Below are positions 13,698 to 26,693 of a stretch of 64,000 bases of DNA, one piece after another (the stretch's first letter is position 1; every line of letters starts with the position of its first letter). The notes under the pieces were generated by a model. The model ran no database searches. It was given only the letters and a program-made list of their open reading frames with translations, and was not told the DNA's origin. Where the stretch lies: contig NC_086097.1 of assembly GCF_963921235.1 (NCBI RefSeq), positions 163,744,001 to 163,808,000 of the forward strand, written 5' to 3'. This DNA comes from Mobula hypostoma. Taxonomy: Eukaryota. The translations under genes and the position numbers were made by a program.

Positions 13698-14925
13698 TAT
13701 TCCTCCGTCTCTGCCGCATCTGCTCTCAGGATGAGGCTTTTCATTCCAGGACGAGGGAGATGTCCTCCTTTTTTAAAGAAAGGGCTTCCCTTCCTCCACC
13801 ACCGACTCTGCTCTCATACACATCTCCCCCATTTCAAGCACATCTGCTCTCACTCCATCCTCCCGCCACCCCACTAGGAATAGGGTTCCCCTTGTCCTCA
13901 CCTACCACCCCACCAGCCTCCAAGTCCAACATATTATTCTCCGTAACTTCCGCCACCTCCAACGGGATCCCACCACTAAGCACATCTTTCTCTCCCCCCC
14001 TCCCCCCGCTTTCCGCAGGGATCGCTCCCTACGCGACTCCCTTGTCCATTCGTCCCCCCCAACCCTCCCCACCGATCTCCCTCCTGGCACTTATCCTTGT
14101 AAGTGGAACAAATGCTACACATGCCCTTACACTTCCTCCCTTACCACCATTCAGGGCCCCAAACAGTCCTTCCAGGTGAGGCGACACTTCACCTGTGAGT
14201 CGGCTGGGGTGATATACTGAGTCTGGTGCTCCCGATGTGGCCTTCTATATATTGGTGAGACCCGACGCAGATCGTTTCGCTAAACACCTACGCTCTGTCC
14301 GCCAGAGAAAGCAAGATCTCCCAGTGGCCACACATTTTAATTCCACGTGCCAGTCCCATTCCCATTCTGATATGTCTATCCACGGCCTCCTCTACTGTAA
14401 AGAGGAAGCCACACTCAGGCTGGAGGAACAACACCTTGTATTCTGTCAGGGTAGCATCCAACCTGATGGCATGAACATTGATTTCTCAAACTTCCACTAA
14501 TGCCCCCCCCCCCCGTACCCCATCCCTTATTTATTTATATACACGTTCTTTTTCTCTCTCTCTTTTTTCTTCCTCTGTCCCTCTCACTTTACCCATTGCC
14601 CATCCTCTGGGTTTTCCCCCCCTCCCCCTTTTCTTTCTCCCTAGGCCTCCTGTCCCATGATCCTCTCATATCCCTTTTGCCAATCAACTATCCAGCTCTT
14701 GGCTCCATCCCTCCCCCTCCTGTCTTCTCCTATCATTTTGGATCTCCCCCTCCCCCTCCCACTTTCAAATCTCTTACTAGCTGTTCCTTCAGTTAGTCCT
14801 GATGAAGGGTCTCGGCCCGAAACGTCGACTGTACCTCTTCCTAGAGATGCTGCCTGGCCTGCTGTGTTCACCAGCAACTTTGATGTGTGTGGCTTGAATT
14901 TCCAGCATCTGCAGATTTCCTCGTG
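13698..14925 (+). mobile_element. Penelope-like element 3' portion (same family as 26694-28656), frameshifted
   Basis: Close nucleotide similarity to about 27460-28656; GIY-YIG remnants; same 3' terminal region. Confidence 0.9.
14794..14831 (+). ncRNA. Minimal type I hammerhead ribozyme motif (intact core)
   Basis: TAGTC-CTGATGA-A-GGG(TCTCGG)CCC-GAAA-CGTC^GACTG: stem I TAGTC/GACTG, conserved CUGANGA and GAAA boxes, stem II, loopless palindromic stem III (ACGT), GUC cleavage triplet ending at 14826. Confidence 0.8.
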
Positions 14926-15209
14926 TTTACCATTATTCCCAGTAACTTTTTATTGTGCATTTATTTAGTTAATGGTGTTTACGTTTCTCAGGTGTCATGC
15001 TGGGCTTTGAACAGAAATTTAGTCTGGATTCAGATTACAACTGCTGCTCCCCAAATGATCTCTGCTGAGCCAAGACCAGAGCACAATTGGTCATTTCACC
15101 GCATCACTGCACCTTAATGGCATTTGCACTCACTGTACTTAAAGGCAGGAATGAGAACTGTGATAAATTTTGAAGGCTGCATTTACACTTACAATACAAT
15201 GGTCACAGA

Positions 15210-15520
15210 CTGATACCAGATGGAAACAGGCCCTTTGGCTCACCACATCTGTGCCAGCCGTTAAGTACCACTTTACATTAATCCTACCTTATGCCATTTT
15301 TTAAAATTCTTACAACACTCCCCTTGGATTTTGCCATCTATTCACACACTAGGAGCAATTTAGAATGATCAGTTGATCTACTAACCACACACCTTTGGGA
15401 TTTGGGAGAAATCCAGAGTACACAGAGAAGCCCAGTGAGAACATGCAAACTCCAGCAACCTGAGTTGAGAATTGAACTCAGTTTACTGGAGCTATGAGGA
15501 GGCAGCTCGACCATCCACTG
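15210..15520 (-). mobile_element. HE1/V-SINE-like tRNA-derived SINE, degenerate
   Basis: Minus strand has GGAGTTTGCATGTTCTC...TTCTCCCA...AAATTGCTCCTAGTGTGTG core and a CR1-like tail. Confidence 0.6.
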
Positions 15521-15814
15521 TGCAATTCCTGCTTCCCTCTGAAAGTGCGCTCACTCACTGGCAGTAATTTTAACATGAGGTTTGGAGTAAAGTACTTGCA
15601 GTGTTGAGTTATAATTGCTAACGTAACTCTCAATCATGGTAAGGATGATACAATTTGCCCCACTCTATCAATTACTTGATGGCAAACTTGGTTGAAGTTG
15701 ACTATCACTGATCTCAGAAGTTAGCAATTTCTCCTTAGCCTTGAGTATCATTGGTGTATGGCTCTCTCTGGACTAAGCGTTTAATGTGTTACTTTTTACT
15801 GTTGTCCTCTTCAG

Positions 15815-15989
15815 CGGCACAATGGACATGACACACCTGTGAAGGAGACCAAAGTGTTGAACCACCGTCGATTCGTAGCTACCTTCATGGTGGCTAACAC
15901 CATTAAGAGTGACAGTGACCGCTATCGTTGTGTGATTGAATCAGACAGAGGCTCCGGGGTGTCCAACTATGCAGAGTTAATTGTGAAAG
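15815..15989 (+). CDS. PTPRT: Next coding exon (175 bp) of the same phosphatase; C-terminal part of the Ig domain
   Basis: Acceptor ...gtcctcttcAG at 15813-15814; donor GTTAGT at 15990. Phase 0 join with the previous exon gives [58 protein letters not shown], with the NHRRF, YRC and [13 protein letters not shown] motifs. Not present in the supplied ORF track. Confidence 0.85.
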
Positions 15990-16559
15990 GTTAGTTTACA
16001 TTTATGTTCCTTTCCTCCTCTGCTGTATTGTCCATAAGGAAAATTGTTACGCTGGATGGAAGAGTTTAATATCGCTGATGAAGCAGTGAAATCATTTTCC
16101 ACAGAGATTGCTAAGAAAATAATCAGAGCGTTGCCATTGCTTGAACAGAGTTTTTGTCAAAACACGGCTATCTTCAGTGTTGTCCTTGAAATCATGAATG
16201 TGATGAAAGGGCAAAGGATATTAAATATCCTTCCATTTGAACCCAGTAAATGTGGTAAGTTTTGGGAAAGATCTGAAGTGTGAAGGAGGATGTAAATCAG
16301 CACCAACATGAAGTCGGAAAACTAAAGAAATAAAGCTTGGAGATATTCAGCAGGTTATCCAGCATCTAGGGAAAAGGAAACAGACTTAACGATTAGAAAC
16401 ATTCACTGTTTCTGCCTCCACAGATGCTGCCTGACTTGTTGGCTGTCTTCATTGTCTGCTATAATCCCAATATAAAAAGTAGTGGTTGTCACTCATCATT
16501 GCATAGTACTATAGAAATATATCTCAAAGGAGTCCATCTGATCCCGGTCTGTCAAGCTT

Positions 16560-19250
16560 CAAGCCATTTCTCAGTTCTTTATTTATTATCACTGTCATAT
16601 GTCAAGGAATTTGTTGCTTATGGAGAAAGTACAGTACAGCATGTAAAATGTTATTGCAAGTTACAATGAATAAAAAAGAACAATAGTGAGGTAGTGTTCA
16701 TGGGTTCATAGATCATTTAGAAATCTGGTGTTGGAGGGGACGAAGCTGTTCCTAAAACATTGAGCGTGCGTCTCAAGGTCCTGCACCTTTCCCTTGCAAC
16801 CTGGATGGTGATGGTCCTTAATGATGGATGCAACCTTCCTGAGGCATTGCTTTGTGAAGGTGTCCTCAATGGTGGTTATGTTTGTATGATGAGCAGTACT
16901 ACTTCCACCAGCCTTTCAGCTAGTGTATTCCTGACTCCAACCCACCCTGAGTGCAAACATTCCAAATTGCCAATTTACTGCTACTAGCATCCCAAAATAT
17001 TTCCCAGTATCTTCCCTTGGTTATTGACATTTTTGCTCATGGTATATAGCTATCCTGTGCGTATTTTTTCCTATCAGCCATTATTGTATGCATCATAATT
17101 GCTTTCAGTGATCCCTGTAGATCTCTTCCAAAAGAAAAACAAACACCTGTTTTTATTTTATGTTGCACATTTTCAGAAACTGAGTTATAGTTTACCACAA
17201 TTTTCTTCTGTAGTGATAGCCCAGGAACTATACTTAGACGTGGATTAGTTGTTTTGTATATCAATAAAGATTGTGCAAACAGCCAGAGAACTGTAATTGC
17301 GCATTGCCAGCTTTCAATGTTATTTCTTTCACACAATCAGCAAGAACCACAACAGAATAGAACATCCCAAAATGCTACACACCGATGCATCAGTAGAATC
17401 GGAATCAGAATCAGGTTTATTATCACTGGCATGTGTTGTGAAATTTGTTAACTTAGCAGCAGCAGTTCAATGCAATATGTAATATAGAAAAGAGAAAAAC
17501 AATTAATAAACATATAAGTAAATCAATTACAATATACGTATATTAAATTAATTAAAAATCATGCAAAAACAAACGTGAGGTGGTGTTCACTAGTTCACTG
17601 TCCATTTAGGAATCGGATGGCAGAAGCTGTTCCTGAGTCACTGAGTGTGTGGCTTAAGGCTTCTGTATCTCCTGCCTGATGGTAACAGTGAGAAAAGGGC
17701 ATGCCCTGGGTGCTGGGGGTCCTTAATAACGGACGCTGCCTTTCTGAGACACCGCTCCTCGAAGATGTCCCGGGTACTTTGTAGGCTAGTGCCCAAGATG
17801 GAGCCGAGTAAATTTACAACCCTCTGCAGCTTCTTTCGGTCCTGTGCAATAGCTCCCCTTCCCCCCCATACCAGTCAGTAATGCGGCCTGTTAGAATGCT
17901 CTCCACAGTACATCTATAGAAGTTTTTGAGTGTTTTTGTTGACATATTAAATCCTAATGAGGTATAGTCGCTGTCTTGCTAACGCTTTACATCATGCCTC
18001 CCAATCTAATTTGGAAGCCACAAGCTATCAGAACTGCTACCTCATAAACATGAGACCTGTGCTCAACCCTTTCTGTGGGTGCTGTCACAGTTCAAAGTAA
18101 ATGATTATTTAAGTACATATATGTCACCATATACAACCCTGAGATTCTTTTGTTTTGCGGGATACTCAGTATATCCAAGAATTGTAAAAGAATCAATGAA
18201 AGACTACACCCAACAGTACGGAAAAACAACCAACATGTGAAAGACGACAGACTGTACAAATACTAAAGAAAAAAACAAATAGTAATAATAAATAATTAAT
18301 CAATAAATATCAAGAACATGAGATGAAAAGTCCTTGAAAGTGAGTCCATATGTTGTGAGAATAACTAAATGATGGGGCAAATGAAGTTCAGTGAATTTAT
18401 CCCCTCTGGTTCAAAAGCCTGATGGTTAAAGGGTAATAACTGTTACTTAACCTGGTGCTGTGAGTCCTGAGGCTCCTGTACCTTCTTCCTGATGGCAGCA
18501 GCAAGAAGACAGCATGGCCTGGAAGGTGGGAGTCTCTGATGATGGATGCTGCTTTCCTATGAGAGTGCTCCGAGTAGATATGCTCGATAGTGGGAATGGC
18601 TTTACCTGTGATGGACTCATCTGTTTCCATTACTTTTTATAGGACTTTCCATTCAAAGGCTTTGCTGCTTCCATACCAGGCTTTGATGCAACCTGTCAAT
18701 ATTCTCTCCACTGCACATCTAAAACATCTATAAAAGTTTTTCAAAGTTTTAGAAGTCATGCCAAATCTTTGCAGACTTCTGAGAAAATAGAGGCACTGCC
18801 ATGCTTTCTTCATAATTGCACTTACATGCTGAGCGCAGGAAAGGTCCTCTGGAATGATAACATCAAGGAATGGCTCACGAATGACTGGTTTCCTCCTCCT
18901 GAAGTCAATAATCAGCTCCGTGGTCTTTCTGACAATGAGTTGTTGTGATACCACTCAGCCAGATTTTCAATCTCCCTCCTATATGCTGATTCACCACCAT
19001 TTTTTGATTGTGTCAACAACAGTGGTGTCATCAGCAAACTTACATATGGCATTGGAGCTGCGCTTAGTCACACGGTTATAAATGTGAAGCAAATAGAGCA
19101 GGAGCCTTGTCATACACCAGGCTGATGGAGATTGTGAGGAGATGTTATTGCCAATCCAAGCTGAGTGGGGTACGTAAGTGAGGAAATCAAGGATCTGATT
19201 GCACAAGGACAGATTGAGGCCAAACTCTTAAAGCTTATTGATTAGTTTTG
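16560..19250 (-). mobile_element. Cluster of Rex1/Babar-like 3' fragments (about 16560-16900, 17395-17980, 18090-19250)
   Basis: KFADDTTVV, LYFLRSLQRFG and HPGHA..LLPSGRRYRSLR-type translations; (GATTCT)n and AATAAA tails on the minus strand. Confidence 0.7.
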
Positions 19251-19259
19251 AAGGAATGG

Positions 19260-19510
19260 TAAAGTGTGCAAGTTTCCCTCTGACCATGTGGTTTTCTTCT
19301 GGTGTTCTGACTTCCTCCCATAACTCAACCAAATGTGGGTTGATATTGGTCATGGTAAGTGCCCTGAGTGTGTAGTGAGTGGTAGAATTTGGTAGTTGAT
19401 GGGAATGTTGGGAGAATAAAAGATGATAAAAATATGGGATTACTGAAAATGGAAGTTTAGTGTTCAATGACCACTTGATGAGTTGAAAGGCCTTTTCCGA
19501 TCCTGTTGAA
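19260..19510 (+). mobile_element. HE1/V-SINE-like SINE fragment
   Basis: CTTCCTCCCA...GTGTGTAGTGAGTGGTAGAAT...GGGAGAATAAAA shared with 22020-22190. Confidence 0.55.
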
Positions 19511-20482
19511 TAATAATGTGGTCAAAGTGGTAGTTTACTTTTATAAAATCTTTTGTAGAAGAGGACATCAAAGGAACAGAATGTTTTAGAATGGAAATTT
19601 TACAGCATTCGAGGTATGACCATCTGTGAGAAAGTGATGGAATGTTTGACAGTCTGTAAGATGGAAGACAATAGTATAGTGTGCCATGGCAGAAATATAT
19701 TGTCAAGAAACCTTTGTTAGAAACAATTGGTGTTGTTTGTTTTGACAGCACTTTGTTTCTGGTGGTTATTGCTCTCTTGAATGTCAGAAATAATTTGGTT
19801 ATTTGACTAAGAATTTGGGACATGCTGTAGGAGTGGCATCAAAATGAATGGTAGAATCAAGTATTATTGTACATTGGATCATTGGGAATTTATTTCAACT
19901 AAATTGAGGATGCCCACCCTTGGTGCTGATCAGCATACATCACAAAATGGATTTGAGATAGCTTTTAAACATAGCCGCTGCTAGACCTCGTGGTGCTTTA
20001 TAAACACGGTACACCGGCATTGTACTTGATTGCTTTCATTCTTCTGCATCTCATTTAGCTGGGGTGGGGGGAGCAGGGAGGCGGGTGGCCTGCAGAAGTC
20101 ACTTAACCTCTGCTTCATCTTGGCCTTCACATTTCTGGATGGAAGAAGCATGTTTTATATCCAAAGTGTGTATCAATGGAGGTTTGTGATGGAAAATGTA
20201 TAGAGCTGCACCATGACGAAACCCATTTGCACAGACTAAGCTCCTCCCTCGGTTGGCTTTTTATTGTGGGGATGGTTAAGAGGAAGTTGGTGGTAGAGAG
20301 AAGGGAGGGGAGAGGAGATTGGTGGTGGAAAGGAACATGACACTCCACTTCTATGTAGAGCAATATTCCTCTTCTGTAATGCTACAGTGCAGCTTGTGGA
20401 GCTACTGCCTCAAAGCTCCAGAGACCCAGGATCAATCCTAACCCAGGTCTGTGTGGAGTTTGAAACTTCTTCCAAAAGCTGC

Positions 20483-20696
20483 CACGGTTGTCTCCCACTT
20501 AAAATCTATAAGATACAGCAGCAGAATTTGGCACTTCAAGTGTGCTCCGCCATTTAAACATGGCTGATTTTTTCACCCCCATCTCCTGCACGGTTGTCTC
20601 CCATTTAAAGTCTATAAGATACAGCAGCAGAATTTGGCACTTCAAGTGTGCTCCGCCATTTAAACATGGCTGATTTTTTCACCCCCATCTCCTGCA
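20483..20696. repeat. Tandem duplication, 2 x 106 bp
   Basis: Units begin CACGGTTGTCTCCCA at 20483 and 20589; two substitutions seen. Confidence 0.9.
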
Positions 20697-20858
20697 TTGT
20701 TCCCCTAACCTTTAAGCCCCTCACAATCTTGAACCTATAAATTTTTACCTTACATATTACCAATGACTTGGCTGCATGTTCCTTTTGTGGTAACAAATTC
20801 TACAGATTCAACACCCACTGGATGAAGAAATACCTCCTAATCTCAGTTTAAATGGGAA

Positions 20859-21625
20859 GTAATACACACAAAATGCTGGAGGAACTCAGCACGCCAGGCA
20901 GCATCTATGGAAAAGAGTAAACAGTCAATATTTCAGGCTGAGACTCTTCATTAGAACTGGAAAAAGAGAGATTAGAAGTCAGAGTAAGAAGTTGGGGAAG
21001 GAGAGGAAGTGTACAAGGTAGTAGGTGATAAGTGAAACCTAGAGAGGGGGAGGGGTGAAGTGAAGAGCTGGGAAGTTGACTGGTGAAACAGATAAAGGGC
21101 TGGAGAAGTGGGGACGTGACTTAAGAAGATTGAGGCCATGGAAGAAAGGGAAGGAGAGGGAGCACCAGAGGGAGTTGATGGGCAGGTAGGGGGATAAGGT
21201 GAGAAAGAGGGAAATGGGAATGGCGAATGTTGAAGGAGAAGGAAGGGGGCAATTGCCAGAAGTTCGAGAAATCGATGTTCATGCCATCAAGTTGGAGACT
21301 ACCCAGATGAAGTATAAGGTGTTGCTCCTCCAACCTGAGTTGGCCATATCGCAACAGTAGAGGAGGCTGCTGGAGGAGCAACACCTTGTATTACGCCGCG
21401 ATGAGGCCACACTCAGGTTGTACTTCTCACACTACCTTGTACTTCTTCCTCTCCTCCCCCCACCTTCTTACTCTGACTTCTAATCTCTTTTTCCCAGTAC
21501 TGATGAAAGGTCTTGGCCCAAAACATTGACTGTTCACTCCTTTCCATAGATGCTGCCAGGCCTGCTGAGTTCCTCCAGCATTTTATGTGTATTACTTTGA
21601 TTTCCAGCATCTGCAGATTCTCTCT
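20859..21625. mobile_element. Penelope-like element with inverted terminal duplication
   Basis: About 165-bp inverted arms (about 20860-21022 and 21430-21597), each with a degenerate hammerhead; minus ORF RLEEQHLILHLGSLQLDGMNIDFSNF. Confidence 0.8.
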
Positions 21626-23844
21626 TGTTTTTAAAGAGAAGTGCCTTTTATTCTGAGGCTATGCCTGTTCTTATAATGGAAACATTTTCTTCACATCCAC
21701 TTTATCCACGCCCTTCAATATCTGAGAGGTTGCAAAAAGATCCTCTCCTCACACTTCTGAACTCCATTGTGTACAGGCCTAATGGCATCAAATGGTCCTC
21801 ATTTGATAAGCCTTTCATTTCTGGGATCATTCTTGTGAATCTCCTCTGGACCCTCTCAAGGGCCCGTTTTCTCGGATGCAGAGCTCAAAATTGCTCACGA
21901 TCTTTCAAATGTGGTCTGACCCATGCCTCATGAAGCCCAGTAGCACATGTTCCATTCCTCTCACAGTCAATGCTAACATTGCTTTTGCCTTCCTTACTGC
22001 AGTCACAGCCTGTAAGTTATGTGGGTTGGCAAGTTAACTGGTCTCTGTAAACTGACCCTAGTGTGTAAGTGACTGGTGGAATCTGGTGGGAGTTGATGAA
22101 AATATGGCGAGAATAAAACGGGGCAAACATAGAATAAAAGTAAGTGGGTATTTCACAGTCACTGCGTACTCAGAGACCAAAGGGCCTGACTAGGAGATGG
22201 AAGATTGTAATGGTAATGGGAGAAGCCTTGGTCTTTCAGTGAAGCAAGAAGTGTGCAACAAACAAGACAGGTATAATGCTAACCTTCAGCTCACAGCACT
22301 GGAGACTATTGCTATTAACAGGGGCCAGTAATATAATTGACATGATTGTAAACAGGCTGGTGCATGTGTTCCATAATGGTGACCTGCCAGTATGTGGGGT
22401 GTCTATAACTCATTCAGATACTTAGAATACTACATGTATTTAAACAATGTTGAGAGAGCTCATTTATATATATTGATGAGAGACAAAATGTGTATCCCAT
22501 ATTAAGTCAGTCTGATTGGGAGCTGTTGGAATGGATTGAAAACTTGGAATTTTTGCACGAAGTTCTGACTAGTATATCTCCAGTCTCTCTGACTTAACCT
22601 GTTAAAACTCTCAATCTTGTCAAAGTCAAAATCGAGTTTACTTTCAGCAGCATCATAGGCACAGAGTAACATATAAGAAAAAATATAAAATAAATATAAA
22701 TTATGCACAATTTTTACAAGAAGGAACGTATTTAGAACAAACAAAAGGAAGTCCTCAGACATATTCAACTTCAACTGCAGAAATGAAAGGTTGAATGACT
22801 GTAAATACACCAGCACAGATCTTTAGTACTCTGTCAGATATGCTGCATACACTAGATGCCTTTCATGGATTCATTCTCTTGAATGATGCCCAGGTGTTGG
22901 CTTCAGAGACTGAGATTACAGGGTCGTCTGGAGATGGGGATCTTGTGTGGGTGTGTCATAGTTCTTCTCATCAAAGCATACATAATCGGCTTATCTGCAA
23001 GTGATGGATTGTTACCATTTATATTCGAGTCATGGAATCATCAATTGTGGAAACAGGCTTGTCAGCCAGCTGAGTCCACACTATTTCTACACTAACCCTA
23101 TCTGATTCTCCCCACATTCTCACTAACTCCTCAAATTCCACCATTCGCTACCACAATTGGGATAATTTACAGTGGCCAAATAATCCACCAATCTGTATGT
23201 CAGAATCCAAATTAGGGTTATTATCACTGCATTTGTCATGAAATTTGCTGTTTTGGGGAAGCAGTACAGTGCAAGAAATTATTGTAACAATAAAAGAGGA
23301 ATGTGCCAAGGATGAATAATGAGTTGGTATTCATGGGTTCATGTGCCATTCAGAAATGGCAGAGGGGAAGAAGTTGTAACGTAAATGTTGACTGTGGGTC
23401 TTCTGACTCCTGTACCTCCTTCCTGATGGTAGTGATGAGAAGTGGGCATATCCCAGGTGGTGAGAGTCCTTAATGGTGGATGCCAGTTTCTTGAAATAGC
23501 CTCTTTTGAAGATGTTCTCAAACCCATAGTTTTACAGGATGTGTTGTTTGTGAAAGTATCTTGGGATATTTGGCTTTGCTAAAAGTGCTATATAAATGTG
23601 TGTTGCTTGGAATTGTTTTCAGTGTATTTGATTTCACAGAGTTAGTTACTATTCTAAAGGTGGTTTAGTGAGAACATAAAATCTATGCACCTTTGAATCA
23701 CTTAATGGGCTAAGTGCAAAATGCAAATTAGCATTAATTTTACACAAGTCACATTTTCATTGAGATGATAGATTGTACTTCCTTTTTTATAACATTATGT
23801 GCACCTGGAAAGGATTTCTTTGTAATGTACCTTAAACATAAATT

Positions 23845-24550
23845 TCCGGGACAAGATGGCGCCAGCGAACGACGCAACCAAGGGCGACCAGGTGGTCCAT
23901 GAAACTACTTTTTTCACTTCTTTTACATCTTCATTTTCTTTCAAATGTGGCTCTGTTATTGTTGGAGTCTCTGATCTGCTTTTTGGTGGTGTGTTTTCGA
24001 GCTGATTGAGCAATCTGGCGTTTGGCTGTCTCTGAGGAAGTTCGGTGAGACATCAAGCAAAGCATGTGGCCTCAAGGCTAGGAAGCCTGGACATGGGGTG
24101 TGAGCCTATGATCAACCCCCATTTCTCACTGATCTCACTAATGATCTCTCCCCCCCTCTCCCCCCCCCCCCACCCCACTCCCCTAGTGGAGTCTTGGGCA
24201 AAGTTTCATCAATGCAGTTTGTGGATTAGACTCTGTATTTCATGTTATGATGTGTTTCTGATTTTTGTTCCTACTTTGGGCAACTTTGATTGGTGTGGCC
24301 TGCAGATAACGAGCAACACAGCACTAGATTGAACTGAACCAAATATGCCTGCACTTTTTTGATTTTGTGTTTTATATTGATTCCGTTCATTTTTTCTGCC
24401 GTTTGTATGATTTGATTTTTTTGTGTGTTGGGGGATGGGGTGAACGGGTTCCATGGTCGCCTCTGTTTTGTGGCTGACTATGAGAAGGTGCATCCCAAGT
24501 TTGTATACTCCATACATACTTGGATAATAAATATACTTTAAATCTTTGAA
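23845..24550 (+). mobile_element. Non-coding short interspersed element starting with CAAGATGGCG
   Basis: CpG-rich head GGACAAGATGGCGCCAGCG; T-rich body; AATAAA plus short-repeat tail near 24525-24550. Confidence 0.5.
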
Positions 24551-24829
24551 TTTATCTTCTGGTTTCTTTGTTCTGTTGGGGTGGAGTAGATCATGAATAT
24601 TGATGTTTCCCCTTTGCTGGAATAAACAATGGTCCTGATTGCCACCCCGTGTCTACAGATGGAATGAATATGTCTGAGGATGCCAGATTGCAAATGAGTG
24701 TTATGCCAAGTTGCTTGCCATTTCTCTATCAATGTGTTCGTTAGAAGGCAGCCAATGAGTGCTAGAGGGCAGTGATCAGTGGGTAGAGGTTCCCTTACTG
24801 CATTTGGTGCATACAGTCTGGTCTTCACT

Positions 24830-25345
24830 GCAACCAGACACAGGCCGGGTGACTGTCTTGCAGAATACCTCAGTCAGACTGCAAGTTCCAGTCTCCTGAC
24901 TCTTCAATTCTACGTTCCACTTTATTCTGTTCTCTTGGTTGTCAGCCTCCTCCAGTGTTCTGATGATGTCAACTGTCAGCATCTCATCTTCAGTACATTG
25001 CAGCCCTTGAGAATAAATATTGAAGTTAGCAATTTTAGTTGGCTATTTTTGTCCCTCTCCCTCCACACATGAATATTTGTCAACTTCAATTTGTTTCTTT
25101 TTCTCTCTTCTGTCTCCTATGATGAATTTCATAGTAATTGTCACTTTGACATCTTTGGTTGTTACCTGTCAAAGATATTCCCACTGTTGTATCCATTGCT
25201 AGAACAGTAAACATGCTTGCTTTCTTAATTTTTCATTTTTAATGAAGGCTCATCCACCTGAAATGATTGCTCTGTTTCTCACCCCATAGATGCTGTTTGA
25301 CCAGCTGAGCATTTTCATTTTTGTTTGGATTACCAGCATGTGCAG
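24830..25345 (+). mobile_element. Old Penelope-like 3' fragment
   Basis: Translation DCLAEYL...QHLIFSTLQPLRINIEVSNF resembles the GIY-YIG C-terminus; GATGCTG...GCTGAGC tail near 25290. Confidence 0.6.
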
Positions 25346-26693
25346 CTTTTTGCTCTAATTGCAGCTTGCATGATGTGTTTACCTTCTCATTACAGGGAGG
25401 AGAATTTTGTTTTTCCTATACTTTGAGGATGTTCTCATCAAGTGAAAAGAAAACAAAGTAATTCAGAAAATAAAAATAGTGGGATAATCATCATAATGGG
25501 AGTGCTATATTACCCAATCAAAATGTTCAAAATTTTAAATGTGATATTATAAGGTGATTTAGAAAATAGAAGCTAACATGGATAATTAACTTCAAGGAGG
25601 ACTTTATATTACCCGATCAAAGTGTGAAAAAATGCGAAGGATAATGAACTGCAAGGAGAGAAGCCATTAAGCTGGAAAGAGTGCAGAGGAAATTAATGAG
25701 GATATTGCCAGGACTCAAGGGGCTGAGTTATGGAGAGAGCTTGAGTAGGTTGGGACTTTTCAGATTGGAGTGTAGGAAAGTGAGGGATGATCTTAAGAGG
25801 AATATAAAATTATGAGGACATAGATAGTGATTCTACACAATCTGCTTTCAAGGGTTGAGGAATCAAGCACTAGAGGACATGAATTTAAGGTGGTAATACC
25901 CAGCAAGTGGTTAGTATATGCAATGAGCTGTCAGAGGAAGTGGTTGAAGCATGTGCATTAACAACATTTAAAAAGGTAGTTGGACAGGTATAGGGATAGG
26001 AAAGGTTTAGGAAGATATGGGTCAAATGGGAATAGGTTAGAGTGGAATATTGGTCAGCATAGACCAAAATTTATAATCAAAGGAGGTAATTTATGTGTCA
26101 CCATATACTGCTCTGACATTCATTTTCTTGTGGGCATTCACAACAGAACAAAGAATAACAAGCAACCAGTGTTCAAAAGAAGTCAAACTGCCCCAAAGCA
26201 GTAAATAAATAAATAATGCTGGAACATGAGTTGTAGAGTCCTTGAACATGAGTCTATTGATTGTGTTCAGTCATCAGTTCAGTATTGTGAGTGAAGTTGT
26301 CCACGTTGGTTCAGGAGCCTGAAGGTTGACAGGTAATAACTGTTCCGAAACCTGGTGGTATGGAACCTAAGGCTCATGTTCCTCTTTCTGATGGTAGCAG
26401 TGAAAAGAGAGCATGGCCTGGATGGAGGGGTTCCTTGATAATAGATGCTGCTTTCTTGTAGCAGGAGGGCTTTTTTTTGTGATAACCTGTACTGTAAACA
26501 CCAGTTTTTATACACTTTTTCATTCCTGGGTGCTGGTGTTTCCATCCTAGGCTGTGATACAGCAAGCCAGGATATTCTTCTCAGCCATTCTGCAGAAGTT
26601 TGTCTAAGTTTTTGATCCCATGCTGAACCTTTGCAAACTTCTAAGAAAGTAGAGATGCTGCTTTACCTTCTTTGAAATGACACTAATGTGCTA

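Larger units (their letters stand above)
20385..22190 (+). mobile_element. SINE (about 20385-20500 and 22020-22190) split by a minus-strand CR1 3' fragment (about 20500-22015), itself split by the Penelope element
   Basis: SINE head GCTACTGCCTCA.AGCTCCAGAGACCCAGG.TCAATCCT...TCTGTGTGGAGTTTG and SINE core resume on either side; the CR1 reads colinearly across 20859-21625. Confidence 0.65.

Noticed and set aside
13583..14179. 198-aa ORF
   Set aside because: Runs from a CR1 tail through flank into a frameshifted Penelope fragment; not a coherent gene.
19970..20130. GC-richer unique patch as a possible enhancer or small RNA
   Set aside because: No recognisable RNA structure or motif; cannot be supported without conservation data.
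20483..20696. Possible CRISPR-like or satellite array
   Set aside because: Only two contiguous units with no spacers, in a eukaryotic context; a simple duplication.
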